This document shows, in pieces, positions 9,644-20,076 of a DNA stretch of 64,000 nt. The DNA is from Candidatus Sumerlaeaceae bacterium. Lineage in GTDB: Bacteria > Sumerlaeota > Sumerlaeia > Sumerlaeales > Sumerlaeaceae. The position numbers were made by a program, and so were the translations under genes. Each line of letters starts with the position of its first letter. Position 1 is the stretch's first letter. Where the stretch lies: the NCBI GenBank assembly GCA_051003195.1, contig JBPCLP010000041.1:12494-76493 (forward strand), given 5' to 3'. Under the pieces are notes generated by a model, which saw only the letters and a program-made list of their open reading frames with translations, was not told the DNA's origin and did no database searches.

Positions 9644-10585
9644 TTAGCCACTGCGAACGAACATGTTCAGTACCTGCCACGAACCTCGCAAACGGTTACG
9701 CAGAAGTATACTACCTGGCTTAAAGAGGAGAGCGGCACCTAAAGCAATAATGCGTAGAATCATGTCGAGCGTTATTGCAATGGTCACACCAGCTCTCCGC
9801 CATCGCGGATAGTGTTGTCGCAGAAAAGTTTTCATGCCCACGAAAAGTTGGATCATTGCCAAGTGCCGCGTTTCAGCAACAGGGTCGCCTTGTGTATGCG
9901 TAACCTCTACTATGTGATCGTAGAGTACCGGCTTCCCCAGTTCCCACGAACGAAAACATAGATCTGTATCTTCTGCATACAGAAAGTAGGATGGCGCGAA
10001 GCCGCCGAGCGCCCGCCACGTCTCGCGATCCAGCAGAAGGGCTGCACCCATTACCCAATCCACTCTGTGATAGTCGCGGAGAGTTGTGTTTGAGCGAGGC
10101 ATTGTTGCCGCGCGTGTTTTTTTCCAATGCTTCAGCAGGCCAGCCATCATGGAATGATTAACCCAGTATGATGCAAAACCGGGAAAGTTATACGATGATC
10201 TTTGCACTCCGCCGTTCTCATTTACCAGCACAGGTGCGAGAATTCCACCATTCGGCAGCAGTTGTCGGTACCGCTCCACCCAGTGCTCCAGCATCCCGGC
10301 GCGAAGCAGCGTATCCGGGTTCAGGATGCAGATGAAGCTTGAAGCGTCGCTCGCCTCCGCTGCGCCGCGGTTACATGCCATGCCATAGCCAATGTTTTGC
10401 TCACTACGGATAAGCTGCGTGCCTTCCAACTGCAGATTGCGCCAGTCTTCCATCGGTGAGGCATTATCGACAATGATGATCTCTTGCGGCTGCGACTGGT
10501 TTCGCAGTGAATCGACGCACCGTCTCAAGTAAGTACTCGTCTCATAGTTTACGATGACCATGGTGACGACAGGCGGATCGGTCAC
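9644..10585 (-). CDS. Glycosyltransferase family 2
   Basis: IVNY, IVDNAS, NIGYGMACNRG, LNPDT, YFLYAEDTDLC. Confidence 0.92.
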   Translation of the reverse strand: MTDPPVVTMVIVNYETSTYLRRCVDSLRNQSQPQEIIIVDNASPMEDWRNLQLEGTQLIRSEQNIGYGMACNRGAAEASDASSFICILNPDTLLRAGMLEHWVERYRQLLPNGGILAPVLVNENGGVQRSSYNFPGFASYWVNHSMMAGLLKHWKKTRAATMPRSNTTLRDYHRVDWVMGAALLLDRETWRALGGFAPSYFLYAEDTDLCFRSWELGKPVLYDHIVEVTHTQGDPVAETRHLAMIQLFVGMKTFLRQHYPRWRRAGVTIAITLDMILRIIALGAALLFKPGSILLRNRLRGSWQVLNMFVRSG

Positions 10586-10594
10586 CGGGCAGGC

Positions 10595-10694
10595 CTAGTG
10601 AGGTTTACCATTAGTTCGTTGGCAGGTTCTGTGTGCCGAACGAGGGCAGAATCATATCGATACGTGGATACGAACTTCTGGTTCGGCACACTAG
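10595..10694 (+). mobile_element. MITE-like repeat copy 3 (100 bp, CTAG-flanked)
   Basis: CTAGTGAGG...GTGTGCCGAA...TTCGGCACACTAG; right CTAG coincides with the PhyH-family gene stop. Confidence 0.75.
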
Positions 10695-11497
10695 GGTGCA
10701 GCCGAGCGGGTCTGCCCGTTAAAAATGATCGGGCAAACGGCAGTATCGTCGATATACTTCGTCAGCCCCTCCCTTGCATCGCCGATTGGAAGGCTCTTTT
10801 CAGTGCGCATGTGAATCGCGAATGCCATGCGTGGAGAATGGGAGAGGTTTGCGCCGCTGCCATGCCATGTAAGGTCGTCATGAAGGCTGAAGCCGCCAGG
10901 AGGGAGAACGGCGGGTATTTCCTCCCAGTTTTCTCCAGGTGGGACAGAGATCGAAGACTTGATTTGCTGAAGATCCTGGCCGTGAAAGTCGCTGCCCGGG
11001 AGAAAGCCCCACCTGTGCGAGCCACGCACGAAAATCATTGGCCCCGCTTCTATTGTGACATCGCTGAGGGCAACCCAGGCGGTGAATAGCTCCGAGCCTT
11101 CTTCCCAGCGCTGCCAGTAGTTACGATCCTGGTGCCATCCGATATTGGTGCCCCCGGCAGTCGCCTGGCGTGAAGGCGGTTTAAACAGTAACTGCACCCA
11201 CCACACCTGTACCCACTGGGCGCCCGTGGCCTCGGCGGCAATCTGCCCGAGCAAGGGATGGCTTACCAGTTCGAGGACGGCGCGGCTCGCGAATTGGGGC
11301 TGTTCGATTTTGCACAAGACGTCCTCGGAGTCGCCGGGATTCCAGCCTGACTCCTCGGGCGGGCGACCGGTGTCGTACTCACCGCGGCGAATCGCCATCA
11401 TTCCAGCAGTGGAGCGGCGGATAAGTTCTGCCGGCAGGCGCTGCGCGACATTGAGGTAGAATCCCTGCGCATCGTATTGTTGCTTTATTGAGGCCAT
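10691..11497 (-). CDS. Phytanoyl-CoA dioxygenase (PhyH) family Fe(II)/2-oxoglutarate oxygenase
   Basis: WHQD, TAWVALSD, GSH, WHGSGAN...R motifs. Confidence 0.9.
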   Translation of the reverse strand: MASIKQQYDAQGFYLNVAQRLPAELIRRSTAGMMAIRRGEYDTGRPPEESGWNPGDSEDVLCKIEQPQFASRAVLELVSHPLLGQIAAEATGAQWVQVWWVQLLFKPPSRQATAGGTNIGWHQDRNYWQRWEEGSELFTAWVALSDVTIEAGPMIFVRGSHRWGFLPGSDFHGQDLQQIKSSISVPPGENWEEIPAVLPPGGFSLHDDLTWHGSGANLSHSPRMAFAIHMRTEKSLPIGDAREGLTKYIDDTAVCPIIFNGQTRSAAP

Positions 11498-11740
11498 GGC
11501 CTGTCGTTTTTACAGGCGCGCGCCAAAACGCAATAGCGGAATGGAGTTCAAATGTCAGGTACTTCCGCCAGCTTCTCAGATTGCGAAGGCTCCCGTGGAA
11601 GTAGAATTGTGAGAAGTAGCCTCTAGCTATTTTCTCGGACATAGCAGCAGCAGAAAGAACCGAGTCATCTTGGGACTGGACCTGTGCGTCTAAAGTATGG
11701 GCTTCATTCTCCACGAACCAATGAGGATCTGCAAAACATA

Positions 11741-12769
11741 ATGGCCGAATTTAAACAACTGACCGACAGCATCATCGCCAATGTTGAGAAAGTAATTGTA
11801 GGGAAACGTCCACAGGTAGCCACCGTACTGGCTGCGTTGCTTGCGCGCGGACATGTGCTGTTGGAGGACGTGCCCGGCGTGGCTAAAACAATGCTCGCAC
11901 GCGCGATAGCGGCGAGCCTTGGTTGCCAGTTCAAACGCGTTCAGTGCACGCCTGATTTATTGCCTGCGGATGTGACCGGCGTATCTGTCTTCAACCAGAA
12001 ACAACAGGACTTCGAGTTTCTACCAGGCCCTGTGTTTACTAACATCCTGTTGGCTGACGAAATCAACCGCGCTACTCCACGCACGCAATCGGCACTGCTT
12101 GAGGCGATGGAAGAACGGCAGATCTCGGTGGACGGCACCACTTATCCGCTACCGAGCCCGTTTCTCGTTGTGGCGACCCAAAATCCGGTGGAGCAGGAGG
12201 GAACGTTCCCGCTTCCGGAGGCGCAGCTTGATCGTTTTCTTATCCGCATTTCGCTGGGTTACCCGGGCTTTAGCGAGGAAGGGGATATGCTTGACCGACT
12301 TGCCAGCGGCCATGGCACACACCCAGTCGACACATTGCAACCCGTGGTAGATGGCGCGGCAATCCTTCAGATGCAACGGGCGGTAACTGATGTGTTTGTC
12401 CATCCACAGGTGAGAGACTACATTCTCCAACTGGTGCAGGCCACGCGCGACAATATGAAACTGGCGCTTGGTGGAAGCCCACGCGCCTCGATTGCATTAT
12501 ATCGAGCATCGCAGGCCATGGCGGCCCTCGACGGGCGCGCTTATATCATACCGGACGACGTCAAGCAGCTGGCAATCCCTGTTCTTTCGCACCGGCTGAT
12601 TCTTAAACCGGAGTATCGCCTGCGCCGGGAAAGCGCCCATACCGTGATCGAGGAGCTGTTGAAGAAGATTACGCCGCCGCTCAACAGTGGGCAGCTCAAG
12701 TCCGCGACGGCCAGTACGGCTGCAACACCGGAGAATCTGGTCGGCTTCCGACCCGGCCAGCGGCGATGA
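11741..12769 (+). CDS. moxR: MoxR-family AAA+ ATPase
   Basis: LLEDVPGVAKT, QCTPDLLPAD, DEINRA, ATQNPVE, LPEAQLDRF; ATG at 11741 preferred. Confidence 0.93.
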   Translation: MAEFKQLTDSIIANVEKVIVGKRPQVATVLAALLARGHVLLEDVPGVAKTMLARAIAASLGCQFKRVQCTPDLLPADVTGVSVFNQKQQDFEFLPGPVFTNILLADEINRATPRTQSALLEAMEERQISVDGTTYPLPSPFLVVATQNPVEQEGTFPLPEAQLDRFLIRISLGYPGFSEEGDMLDRLASGHGTHPVDTLQPVVDGAAILQMQRAVTDVFVHPQVRDYILQLVQATRDNMKLALGGSPRASIALYRASQAMAALDGRAYIIPDDVKQLAIPVLSHRLILKPEYRLRRESAHTVIEELLKKITPPLNSGQLKSATASTAATPENLVGFRPGQRR

Positions 12770-12884
12770 GCTTTTGAGATAGATTCGTGACCATTGTGGA
12801 ACCGCAAAAGACAGCCGTAAATAAAGCCCGTGCTCCGAAGCTTCGGCGAATTTCGGGTGTGCGGGCTGCACCAAGCGTGAATAG

Positions 12885-14435
12885 ATGAAGAAGCTCGGCT
12901 ATGAGCGCGAGGTGCCACAGGAATTGCGGGGGACGCTGGAAGAGCGGTTGCGCCGAGTGCACACACCAGACTCGGTTACGGATGCCAGCGCACCCGAAGA
13001 CCCCTTTTCACAGGGCACTCAGGCAGAGCCGCAAACACCCGTAGATACCGCTACAGGCGGACCTCCTGACGATGGTTTCTCTACGATATCCACCAAGCCA
13101 GCTGTATGGAAACAGGCACTCACGTTTTCTCGAACGGCCGTTTTGTGGGTCGGTCTACCCGCACTTATTCTCAGTCTGGCCTTCGCGTTTAATCTTGGGC
13201 TTATAGCGGCGAGCGCTTACGCAATTATCCTTGTCGTGCTTGCATCCCGGGTGATGCTCTTCTTCTGGTTACGGCCCCTGCGCATCGAGCGGCAGCTCAG
13301 CGCAGAAGTCCTGGAAATCGGTGAGACACTGCATGTAACCGTTCGTCTCGAAAATCCAGCGCCATGGCCTATCCTCTGGCTGTACGTCGAGGAGGTATTG
13401 CTGCACGGCTTTGCACGACACGGGACAACCCGGCGCCTTCTGTTCCTTGCACCCGGTCAGACTTTCCACCTCACCTACGCATTGATGCTTACTCGACGCG
13501 GCTGCCATCAGTTGGGGCCGCTCGTGCTTGAAAGCGGTGACGTCTTTGGGCTGTTCCGTCGCTGCCGAATCGATACACGCCTCGATTACGTTACCGTACT
13601 GCCAAACTATGATATCATCGATGACGTGCACATTGGCAGCCCGCGTAAACTCGGTGAGCTCGCTGCCGTGCGCAGTCTCTTTGAAGACGTCACGCGCCTC
13701 CGCGGCATTCGCGAGTACAGGCGTGGCGATCCTCTCAACCGCATCCACTGGAAAACCACCGCACGGCGCAATGTGCTTCATACGAAGATCTTCGATCCTG
13801 TCATAGAAGCGGCAGGCGTAGTGGTCCTCGATTTCCATAAAGATGCCTGGACGCAGGCAAAGGGAAACCGTGACGGGTTCCCTGTCGAGGATGAAGCGGT
13901 GGAATTCGCCTGCACCGTTGCCAGATATCTAACCGATGGCGGGTGGAGCGCCGGCTTGCTGTCCAATGGCTCCGATCCGCTCGGCCTTGCCGGCATGACG
14001 CTGGCCCAGGCCCGCGCCACGGAATCGCTTGGCGAAGCTATGACCATGGCACGGCGCAGGCAAATCGACCGCCGTCTCGAGCCGCTCTATATCGAGCCGC
14101 GCCGCGGCGTTGAACAGTTCATGATCTTGCGCGAAAATCTTGGGCGTATTGCACTCTCAACCGGTCTTACACTGAAACAGGTGCTGATGGACCAGATGCC
14201 GCACATCAGCCGCGGTCATGTGCTGGTAGTGATTACCGGCGCGCTGCCGCGAGAATCGATCACTGCAATTCTGCGCGCGCGGGAGCTTGGATATCGCGTG
14301 ATGCTTTTTGTGCTCGGCAACCCGGAGGATCATGACGCATCGCTTGCGCTCTGCCTGGCCGCCGGCATCGAGATGTTCAGCCTGGATGGAAACTGGAGGA
14401 TGCGTGAACTCGCAACGGGACGCCGGTCTCTCTAG
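12885..14435 (+). CDS. DUF58-domain membrane protein
   Basis: IREYRRGDPLNRIHWKTTAR; directly follows MoxR. Confidence 0.88.
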   Translation: MKKLGYEREVPQELRGTLEERLRRVHTPDSVTDASAPEDPFSQGTQAEPQTPVDTATGGPPDDGFSTISTKPAVWKQALTFSRTAVLWVGLPALILSLAFAFNLGLIAASAYAIILVVLASRVMLFFWLRPLRIERQLSAEVLEIGETLHVTVRLENPAPWPILWLYVEEVLLHGFARHGTTRRLLFLAPGQTFHLTYALMLTRRGCHQLGPLVLESGDVFGLFRRCRIDTRLDYVTVLPNYDIIDDVHIGSPRKLGELAAVRSLFEDVTRLRGIREYRRGDPLNRIHWKTTARRNVLHTKIFDPVIEAAGVVVLDFHKDAWTQAKGNRDGFPVEDEAVEFACTVARYLTDGGWSAGLLSNGSDPLGLAGMTLAQARATESLGEAMTMARRRQIDRRLEPLYIEPRRGVEQFMILRENLGRIALSTGLTLKQVLMDQMPHISRGHVLVVITGALPRESITAILRARELGYRVMLFVLGNPEDHDASLALCLAAGIEMFSLDGNWRMRELATGRRSL

Positions 14436-16071
14436 ATACGTCGCACTTGGTCTGGTCCCGCTGTGCGCGTGGGGGCTACTTTCCGCGCTGCTGCTGCATC
14501 TAATTGCCGTCCGTTCCTCTTTTATCCAGGGCGGGGAGGACCGGTTGCGGATGGCGGTACTTGCTTTCGCGGGTGGCGTTGTCTTGCTACAGCGTCTCGC
14601 CGCAACGCAGGGCGGAGAACATGCGCAGGCCTACAAGTGGGCACTCATCGCCGCCATGGTCCTTTTTACATTGCACCACAGTGTGACGTATCGGTTACTC
14701 GTTCATCCGGGCCTGGTGTTTTTCGCAAACGGGTGTATTTTCACCGTCCTGTATTGGGTTGGGACGCGCATCACCCGCGCGTGCGCAGTAGATTCGGACG
14801 ACAAGTCGGCGGTTGCGGCGGAAATGGGCATCTTCGGGAAACGCGCGCGACGGCTGCGCGTCGACGAGGAACAATTACCCGATGCGCGACGCCCAAAACG
14901 CCGCGCCTTATTTCCGGGATCGGCCAGCAAAGTGCCGTCGCCCGCCCCATCGCTGAGCTGGCAGGAAAAGCTGGCGCCTCAACACCCCGGCCGCGTACTT
15001 TTCTACTTTTCGCTCTTCGCTATTCCCGCGTTCGGCATTGGCGGGCTATTGCTGGATCCCAAGCTGGGCGGCGCCGCGCTGCTTGGCATGAACGTCTTCC
15101 TTTATCTGTTCTGTGTCCTGGCTCTGCTGTTTCTTTCCAGTTACGGCCAACTTGCCGCGTATTTCGACCATCGCAATGTCGTACTGCCGGAGATCATCGG
15201 TATCACGTGGCTTTCGCTGGGGTTCGTTGCGGTCGTTCTGATCGTCGGCATATCGTTCCTTTTGCCACAACCGCCGTCGCCAGCGGGTGACTTTGTACGC
15301 GGGCGCATGGTCGCGCGGTACGATGGATGGAAGTCGAGCGCGGGTGTTCGGGAGCCCGGCCTGGAAGATGGCACACCCGGGAAGGGGAGCGGCGGAAAGG
15401 GGAAAGCTGCTGGGGGAGGTCAAAAAGGCGCCAGCAAAACAGGTGGTACCTCAGGGCAGCAGCAGACCGGTGGCGGTGATGCCGCCCAATCGCAGGCAGA
15501 GGTGCAGGCCAGTCGGGAGGCGGGACTGGACAAAGCGTATATAAAACCGGAAAAGACGGGAGTTGAAAGCGCGCAGGAAGGTTTTCAGAAGATTTTCGAT
15601 TTTCTGCTGAAGGCTCTTGGCGTCATTACGATTATTGCCGGCGTGATTGTGATGCTCGTGGTCGCGATGGCAATCTGGATGGGGATCAGCGGACGCGCCG
15701 GCACCTTGCGTGGACTCTTCCCCAAACGGACCCGAAGTCGGAAGGAGAAGACGGCGGTGAAAGAGCTGAAAAAGTCGCAGACTTTCAGCAACTATCCAGA
15801 TCCGGCGTCCGTAGGTATTTCGTCTGCCGATGATCTCGTGCATTACCTGTGGGAGGCTACGTTGGCGAGATGCGCGGATGCAGGTGAGCCGTGCTTACCC
15901 GACCAGACGCCCCTGGAGTTTCTGAGAACCGAACCGGTATCGCTTCATACAATCGAAGCGGAAGCACACACCCTCGCACGCTGGCTGCTCCACGCTGAAT
16001 ACTCAGGCGAACCCATACCAGAATCCGCCCTGCCTGAGCTGCTGAACTACTGGAGATGCTTAAGCTCGTGA
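14404..16071 (+). CDS. Multi-pass membrane protein with C-terminal DUF4129-like domain
   Basis: Several TM helices, Gly-rich linker, PDQTPLEF...AEYS; GGAGG RBS before GTG at 14404. Confidence 0.7.
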   Translation: MNSQRDAGLSRYVALGLVPLCAWGLLSALLLHLIAVRSSFIQGGEDRLRMAVLAFAGGVVLLQRLAATQGGEHAQAYKWALIAAMVLFTLHHSVTYRLLVHPGLVFFANGCIFTVLYWVGTRITRACAVDSDDKSAVAAEMGIFGKRARRLRVDEEQLPDARRPKRRALFPGSASKVPSPAPSLSWQEKLAPQHPGRVLFYFSLFAIPAFGIGGLLLDPKLGGAALLGMNVFLYLFCVLALLFLSSYGQLAAYFDHRNVVLPEIIGITWLSLGFVAVVLIVGISFLLPQPPSPAGDFVRGRMVARYDGWKSSAGVREPGLEDGTPGKGSGGKGKAAGGGQKGASKTGGTSGQQQTGGGDAAQSQAEVQASREAGLDKAYIKPEKTGVESAQEGFQKIFDFLLKALGVITIIAGVIVMLVVAMAIWMGISGRAGTLRGLFPKRTRSRKEKTAVKELKKSQTFSNYPDPASVGISSADDLVHYLWEATLARCADAGEPCLPDQTPLEFLRTEPVSLHTIEAEAHTLARWLLHAEYSGEPIPESALPELLNYWRCLSS

Positions 16072-16085
16072 TAGGGACGCCTTTT

Positions 16086-16113
16086 GGTGCGGCACGCGGT
16101 GACGCACTCCCAG
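16086..16113. repeat. 28-bp REP-like imperfect palindrome, identical copy at 54893-54920
   Basis: GGTGCGGCACGCGGTGACGCACTCCCAG; minus strand reads GGAG followed by a hairpin. Confidence 0.65.
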
Positions 16114-16284
16114 TTCGAGTAGCGGTTTGGGGATCGCGGGCGGGGCGCGATTGCGAGGCGGGGTGATTGGGTCGCGGGTTGGAACTTGGCGCGAGGGTGG
16201 GCAAGGAGTCCGGGTAGTGTCATGGATTTTAGCGCGAGGGTCGACCGGGTGAGCCAGGTGCTGCGCCACAAGCGGGCCCATCGC

Positions 16285-17079
16285 TTATCCAAAGTGCATT
16301 GGATCGATCTCAGGAGTCAAAATTACGTACTCCTTCAGGGCGCCGCGCAGTGGATCGGCGTCGATTGAGCAATACCCTTGTGGGTTGTGCCGGCGCCAGC
16401 CTTCGGCATATTTGAATTGACCCGAGAGGCCGCCGACCTCTCTTCCCTGCGTGACCATTTCGTCGAGATAACTGTCGAGCCCCTGGCTTTCATCCAGCCA
16501 GTCCTTCTGGCTTTTGTGCTCGGCCAGCGCAACCCGCTTTGTCTCGATGACGCTTTCGATGTTCACGAACATGTGCGGATAGATAAGCTGGTTCAGCTGC
16601 CCGCGGTTACTCCATGGTTGCGCATGATAAATGGTGACGTCCTGCGGCACCGGCTGCCGCGGTGGATCCGTGGGATAGTTGGGCATTCCGCGCGTGAAGG
16701 CTCCAGACACAGCAAGACGGCAGGCGTTCATGTGGTCTTCCATGTAGTCGTCGGGCGAATGAACGAGCAGAATTTCCGGCGCAACTTCGCGCATGACGGC
16801 AGCTACTTTGGCCAATAGTTCTCTGTTAAAAAAGATTTCGACATCATTGGCAATTGGCGGGTGAAAGGTCGCGCCAAGTTTCGAGGCTGCATTCCGTGCT
16901 TCCTGAGTACGCACTCTCTCAATTTCTTCGCGGCCCATTTTATTGGTGCCGCAATTGCCATTTGCGATATTCATATAATGCAGCTCATACCCAGCCTGAC
17001 CCAGCAACAGAAGCGTTCCGGCAAACATGAACTCAATATCGTCCGGGTGAGCGACAACGGCGAAGGCTCGCTTCGCCAT
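16285..17079 (-). CDS. PIG-L/LmbE-family N-acetyl-sugar deacetylase
   Basis: AHPDDIE, RTQEA, EDH, HKSQ; TGATG overlap with the upstream gene. Confidence 0.9.
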   Translation of the reverse strand: MAKRAFAVVAHPDDIEFMFAGTLLLLGQAGYELHYMNIANGNCGTNKMGREEIERVRTQEARNAASKLGATFHPPIANDVEIFFNRELLAKVAAVMREVAPEILLVHSPDDYMEDHMNACRLAVSGAFTRGMPNYPTDPPRQPVPQDVTIYHAQPWSNRGQLNQLIYPHMFVNIESVIETKRVALAEHKSQKDWLDESQGLDSYLDEMVTQGREVGGLSGQFKYAEGWRRHNPQGYCSIDADPLRGALKEYVILTPEIDPMHFG

Positions 17080-18005
17080 CAATGCATGTCCACTTCGAGA
17101 GAGCCAAGCGCTCCGCGCAGGTAATTGAACTGCACATTCGGATGATCTGCCAGCAATGACATTGGTACCGAGCTGTCCGGTAGTTTCTTGGAAATCATAA
17201 ACGTCGTGAGTCGGATTCCAAACTGGTTGTCATGGTGGCCGGGATGCCAGATGGAAACCTTATCGCAGCGCCACGTCTCGCGCGGGCCCACGGTTACGGC
17301 CTGTGACGGAATGGTATGAACCGCTCCTCCGCCTGATGTCCGGGCATTCTGCATCAAAGTAACCGGGTGAAGGTCGACGAGGCGAGTGCCGAGTTTGCGA
17401 TACTCTTCAGGCGGCGGCGGTGCATCCTTGTATTTCCCTTCGCGCTTGAAGGGATCATTAAATGCCCAGTGTTTAATTTCACCCTGGCCGCCCTGCATTA
17501 CCAGGCATCTGGCTGCGTCCCACGACGCGACGTACTCCTTTGCATCCACTGCTGGAAAGTGCAGGTTTTGCTTTGGAATCGCAAGCTCCGGCTTAATTCG
17601 GGCAAAGCAAAGGTCCCAGTCCGTGCGCGCAAAACCCAGCTCAAAGTCCATCCCGACTTCTTTACCGTCCACGACCCACTCATCCATGCCCCAGAAATGG
17701 CAGTTCTTTAAGGAGAGACCGATTTCGTTTACGATCCGTGCGACCAGTGGGAGTTGTTCAGTCGGTCCAATTGGGCCACAGATGCCGGTCGGGCTTGACT
17801 CGGTCGCCTGTTGCCACGACGTAATATATTCGAGAGCCTCAGCGAGGTAAAACTCCTGGACGGTGTCGTAGAATTTGACCGTGAATCCAGGACGTGAAAG
17901 TTGCTCGACGTCTTTTTCAGTCAGCTTCGCCGCGTCTTCGAGTATCTTCGCGTCCAGCGTGGTGTAATCCCACCAGTCGGGTGCGATTTTACTGAGTCGT
18001 CTCAT
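17079..18005 (-). CDS. Glucosamine-6-phosphate deaminase/isomerase (NagB-like) family protein
   Basis: [33 protein letters not shown]. Confidence 0.8.
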   Translation of the reverse strand: MRRLSKIAPDWWDYTTLDAKILEDAAKLTEKDVEQLSRPGFTVKFYDTVQEFYLAEALEYITSWQQATESSPTGICGPIGPTEQLPLVARIVNEIGLSLKNCHFWGMDEWVVDGKEVGMDFELGFARTDWDLCFARIKPELAIPKQNLHFPAVDAKEYVASWDAARCLVMQGGQGEIKHWAFNDPFKREGKYKDAPPPPEEYRKLGTRLVDLHPVTLMQNARTSGGGAVHTIPSQAVTVGPRETWRCDKVSIWHPGHHDNQFGIRLTTFMISKKLPDSSVPMSLLADHPNVQFNYLRGALGSLEVDMH

Positions 18006-18032
18006 CTTTGACCTCTTATCTACTCGTCGTTA

Positions 18033-19994
18033 TTACTGAATCTGCTTCTTGGCTTTTCGAAAATAAACATCGCCGAAGCTCTCAGTAGAGCCCATCGGCT
18101 TTGCAAAGCCTTTAAGTGTAAAACGCGTCCCGGGTGCTGCCTTCTTAACTTCGAAGCGGTAGACCAAATCGCGCTTATCCGCCCCGCTCCAGCCGACATG
18201 TGTGTCACGGCCCACTTCTGTCCCGTTCTGCAGCAGCGCCATCCACTCGAACTCTAGCGCAGCGTGCCCCTTGCTGTACCATGGAATCGCTTCGTATTTT
18301 CCCGCCGACTTAATCTGCTCCGTCACATCCCACTCGAGCTCCGTACCGGCTTCCTTCATCTGATCGGCAGACCACTTGCCGATCACCACCGCGTTTGCCG
18401 TGGTCATTTCGTCGGCAGGACCTGCCTTCATTCCAAGCGCCAGGAATCTCTTCGAGTGCTCGTCCATTCGCGCGCTGAACTCCTCCCAGCTGCGCCCTTG
18501 CGGCTGGCTCCACCCTACTTCTGCCAGGGCGGCCATTCGCGGATATACCTGGAAATCATATCGCTCCATGTTCGGAACCCATTCAGTCCACATGTTGCCT
18601 TCAAGCCCGAGCACATGTTTTGCCTTATCGGGTGCGAGCTCCGTCGGAATCGGTTCGAAGCTATACGATTTCTCCAGCGACGTCGTCGCATAGCTATAGT
18701 CGAGATAGCAATGGCTCGTCGGGGACATGATTACGTCGTGGCCGGCGTTAGCTGCTGCGATTCCACCTTTGATGCCTCTCCATGATTGCACGACCGCCCC
18801 CGGCGCGAGGCCACCCTCAAGAATCTCGTCCCAGCCCACCAGGCGCCGACCACGCTCCGCCAGGTACTTATCAATCCGCCGGACAAAATAGCTCTGGAGC
18901 TCGTGTTCGTCTTTCAGCCCCTCTGCGTTTTTGCGAGCCTGGCACTTCGGGCAGCTGGTCCACCGCTCTTTGGGACATTCGTCCCCACCGATGTGAATGT
19001 ACTGCGAAGGAAAAAGCTGCAGCACTTCGTCCAGCACATTATAGATAAACTGGTATGTCTGTTCCTGGCCTGGACAGTACACGTCTTTATAGACGCCCCA
19101 GTCAGTTAACACCTGATATGGCCCACCGGTGCAGCCCACCTCCGGGTAACTGGCCAGCACTGCGGTCGAGTGCCCGGGCATTTCAATTTCCGGCACTACT
19201 TTAACGTGACGTCGCGCCGCATACGCGACAACATCGCGGATTTCGTCCTGGGTGTAGAACCCACCGTAACGGCTTCCATCTTTCTGCAATCGCCAGGCGC
19301 CGACCTCCGTCAGCTTTGGGTAACGCTTGATCTCCACTCGCCAGCCCTGGTCTTCCGTCAGGTGCCAGTGGAACACGTTGGCTTTATGCAGCGCCAGCAG
19401 GTCGATGGCGCGTTTTACGTCGTCGACCTTGAAGAAATGCCGACCAACGTCAAACAGGTGACCCCGCCAGGCAAATCGGGCAACATCCCGAACATGTACA
19501 CCCGGAATGGTCCATTTCGTGCCCGGTGCCACACGTGTGCCAAGCACGTCCGGCGGCAGCAATTGTCGTAGGGTCTGGCAGGCGTAAAACAGTCCGGCCG
19601 GTCGGTAGGAGCGGATGTGTATTCCACTCGGTGTGACATTCAGCTCGTATCCCTCCTCTCCGAGTTGGGTATCGGGAACGAGTTCGAACCTGACGACGTT
19701 GTCGGCCGGCGGAGTTGTGGATGAATCGAGAACCTTTAGCTTAAATCCTGTCGCGGGCGAGAGTTGCTCTGAGAATAGTTCTGCCTCTGGTCGACCCCCA
19801 TTTGCGGCAGATAATACTGTCTGCGGCCCAAGAGTAAAAGAGCCGGCAGTTGCCTCGATACTGGCAGGCTTTGGAATTACCGAGAATGCCGAAGTGGTCA
19901 AGTGGTCCAAGGCTGTTGATCCCGCGTCCTGCGCCAAAGAGACTGCTGTCATTCCCATTGTTGCCATCAAAATAAGCCCTTTTAAAGCTCGCAT
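18033..19994 (-). CDS. Secreted beta-N-acetylhexosaminidase (GH20) with C-terminal accessory domain
   Basis: Signal peptide; DVGRHF, HWHLTEDQGWR, PEIEMPGHS, HIGGDEC. Confidence 0.94.
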   Translation of the reverse strand: MRALKGLILMATMGMTAVSLAQDAGSTALDHLTTSAFSVIPKPASIEATAGSFTLGPQTVLSAANGGRPEAELFSEQLSPATGFKLKVLDSSTTPPADNVVRFELVPDTQLGEEGYELNVTPSGIHIRSYRPAGLFYACQTLRQLLPPDVLGTRVAPGTKWTIPGVHVRDVARFAWRGHLFDVGRHFFKVDDVKRAIDLLALHKANVFHWHLTEDQGWRVEIKRYPKLTEVGAWRLQKDGSRYGGFYTQDEIRDVVAYAARRHVKVVPEIEMPGHSTAVLASYPEVGCTGGPYQVLTDWGVYKDVYCPGQEQTYQFIYNVLDEVLQLFPSQYIHIGGDECPKERWTSCPKCQARKNAEGLKDEHELQSYFVRRIDKYLAERGRRLVGWDEILEGGLAPGAVVQSWRGIKGGIAAANAGHDVIMSPTSHCYLDYSYATTSLEKSYSFEPIPTELAPDKAKHVLGLEGNMWTEWVPNMERYDFQVYPRMAALAEVGWSQPQGRSWEEFSARMDEHSKRFLALGMKAGPADEMTTANAVVIGKWSADQMKEAGTELEWDVTEQIKSAGKYEAIPWYSKGHAALEFEWMALLQNGTEVGRDTHVGWSGADKRDLVYRFEVKKAAPGTRFTLKGFAKPMGSTESFGDVYFRKAKKQIQ

Positions 19995-20076
19995 CGTGCC
20001 ACTCCCCGCATTGAGATAAGTGGCCCAAGTCAGGCGGCAAGGAATCCAGTTTCAAGATAGTTTCACTGGAGCTTCG

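Noticed and set aside
6396..10694. 100-bp repeats as integron attC sites or a CRISPR array
   Set aside because: No RYYYAAC/GTTRRRY ends, mixed orientation, flanking housekeeping genes, no integrase or cas genes, and no regular repeat-spacer period
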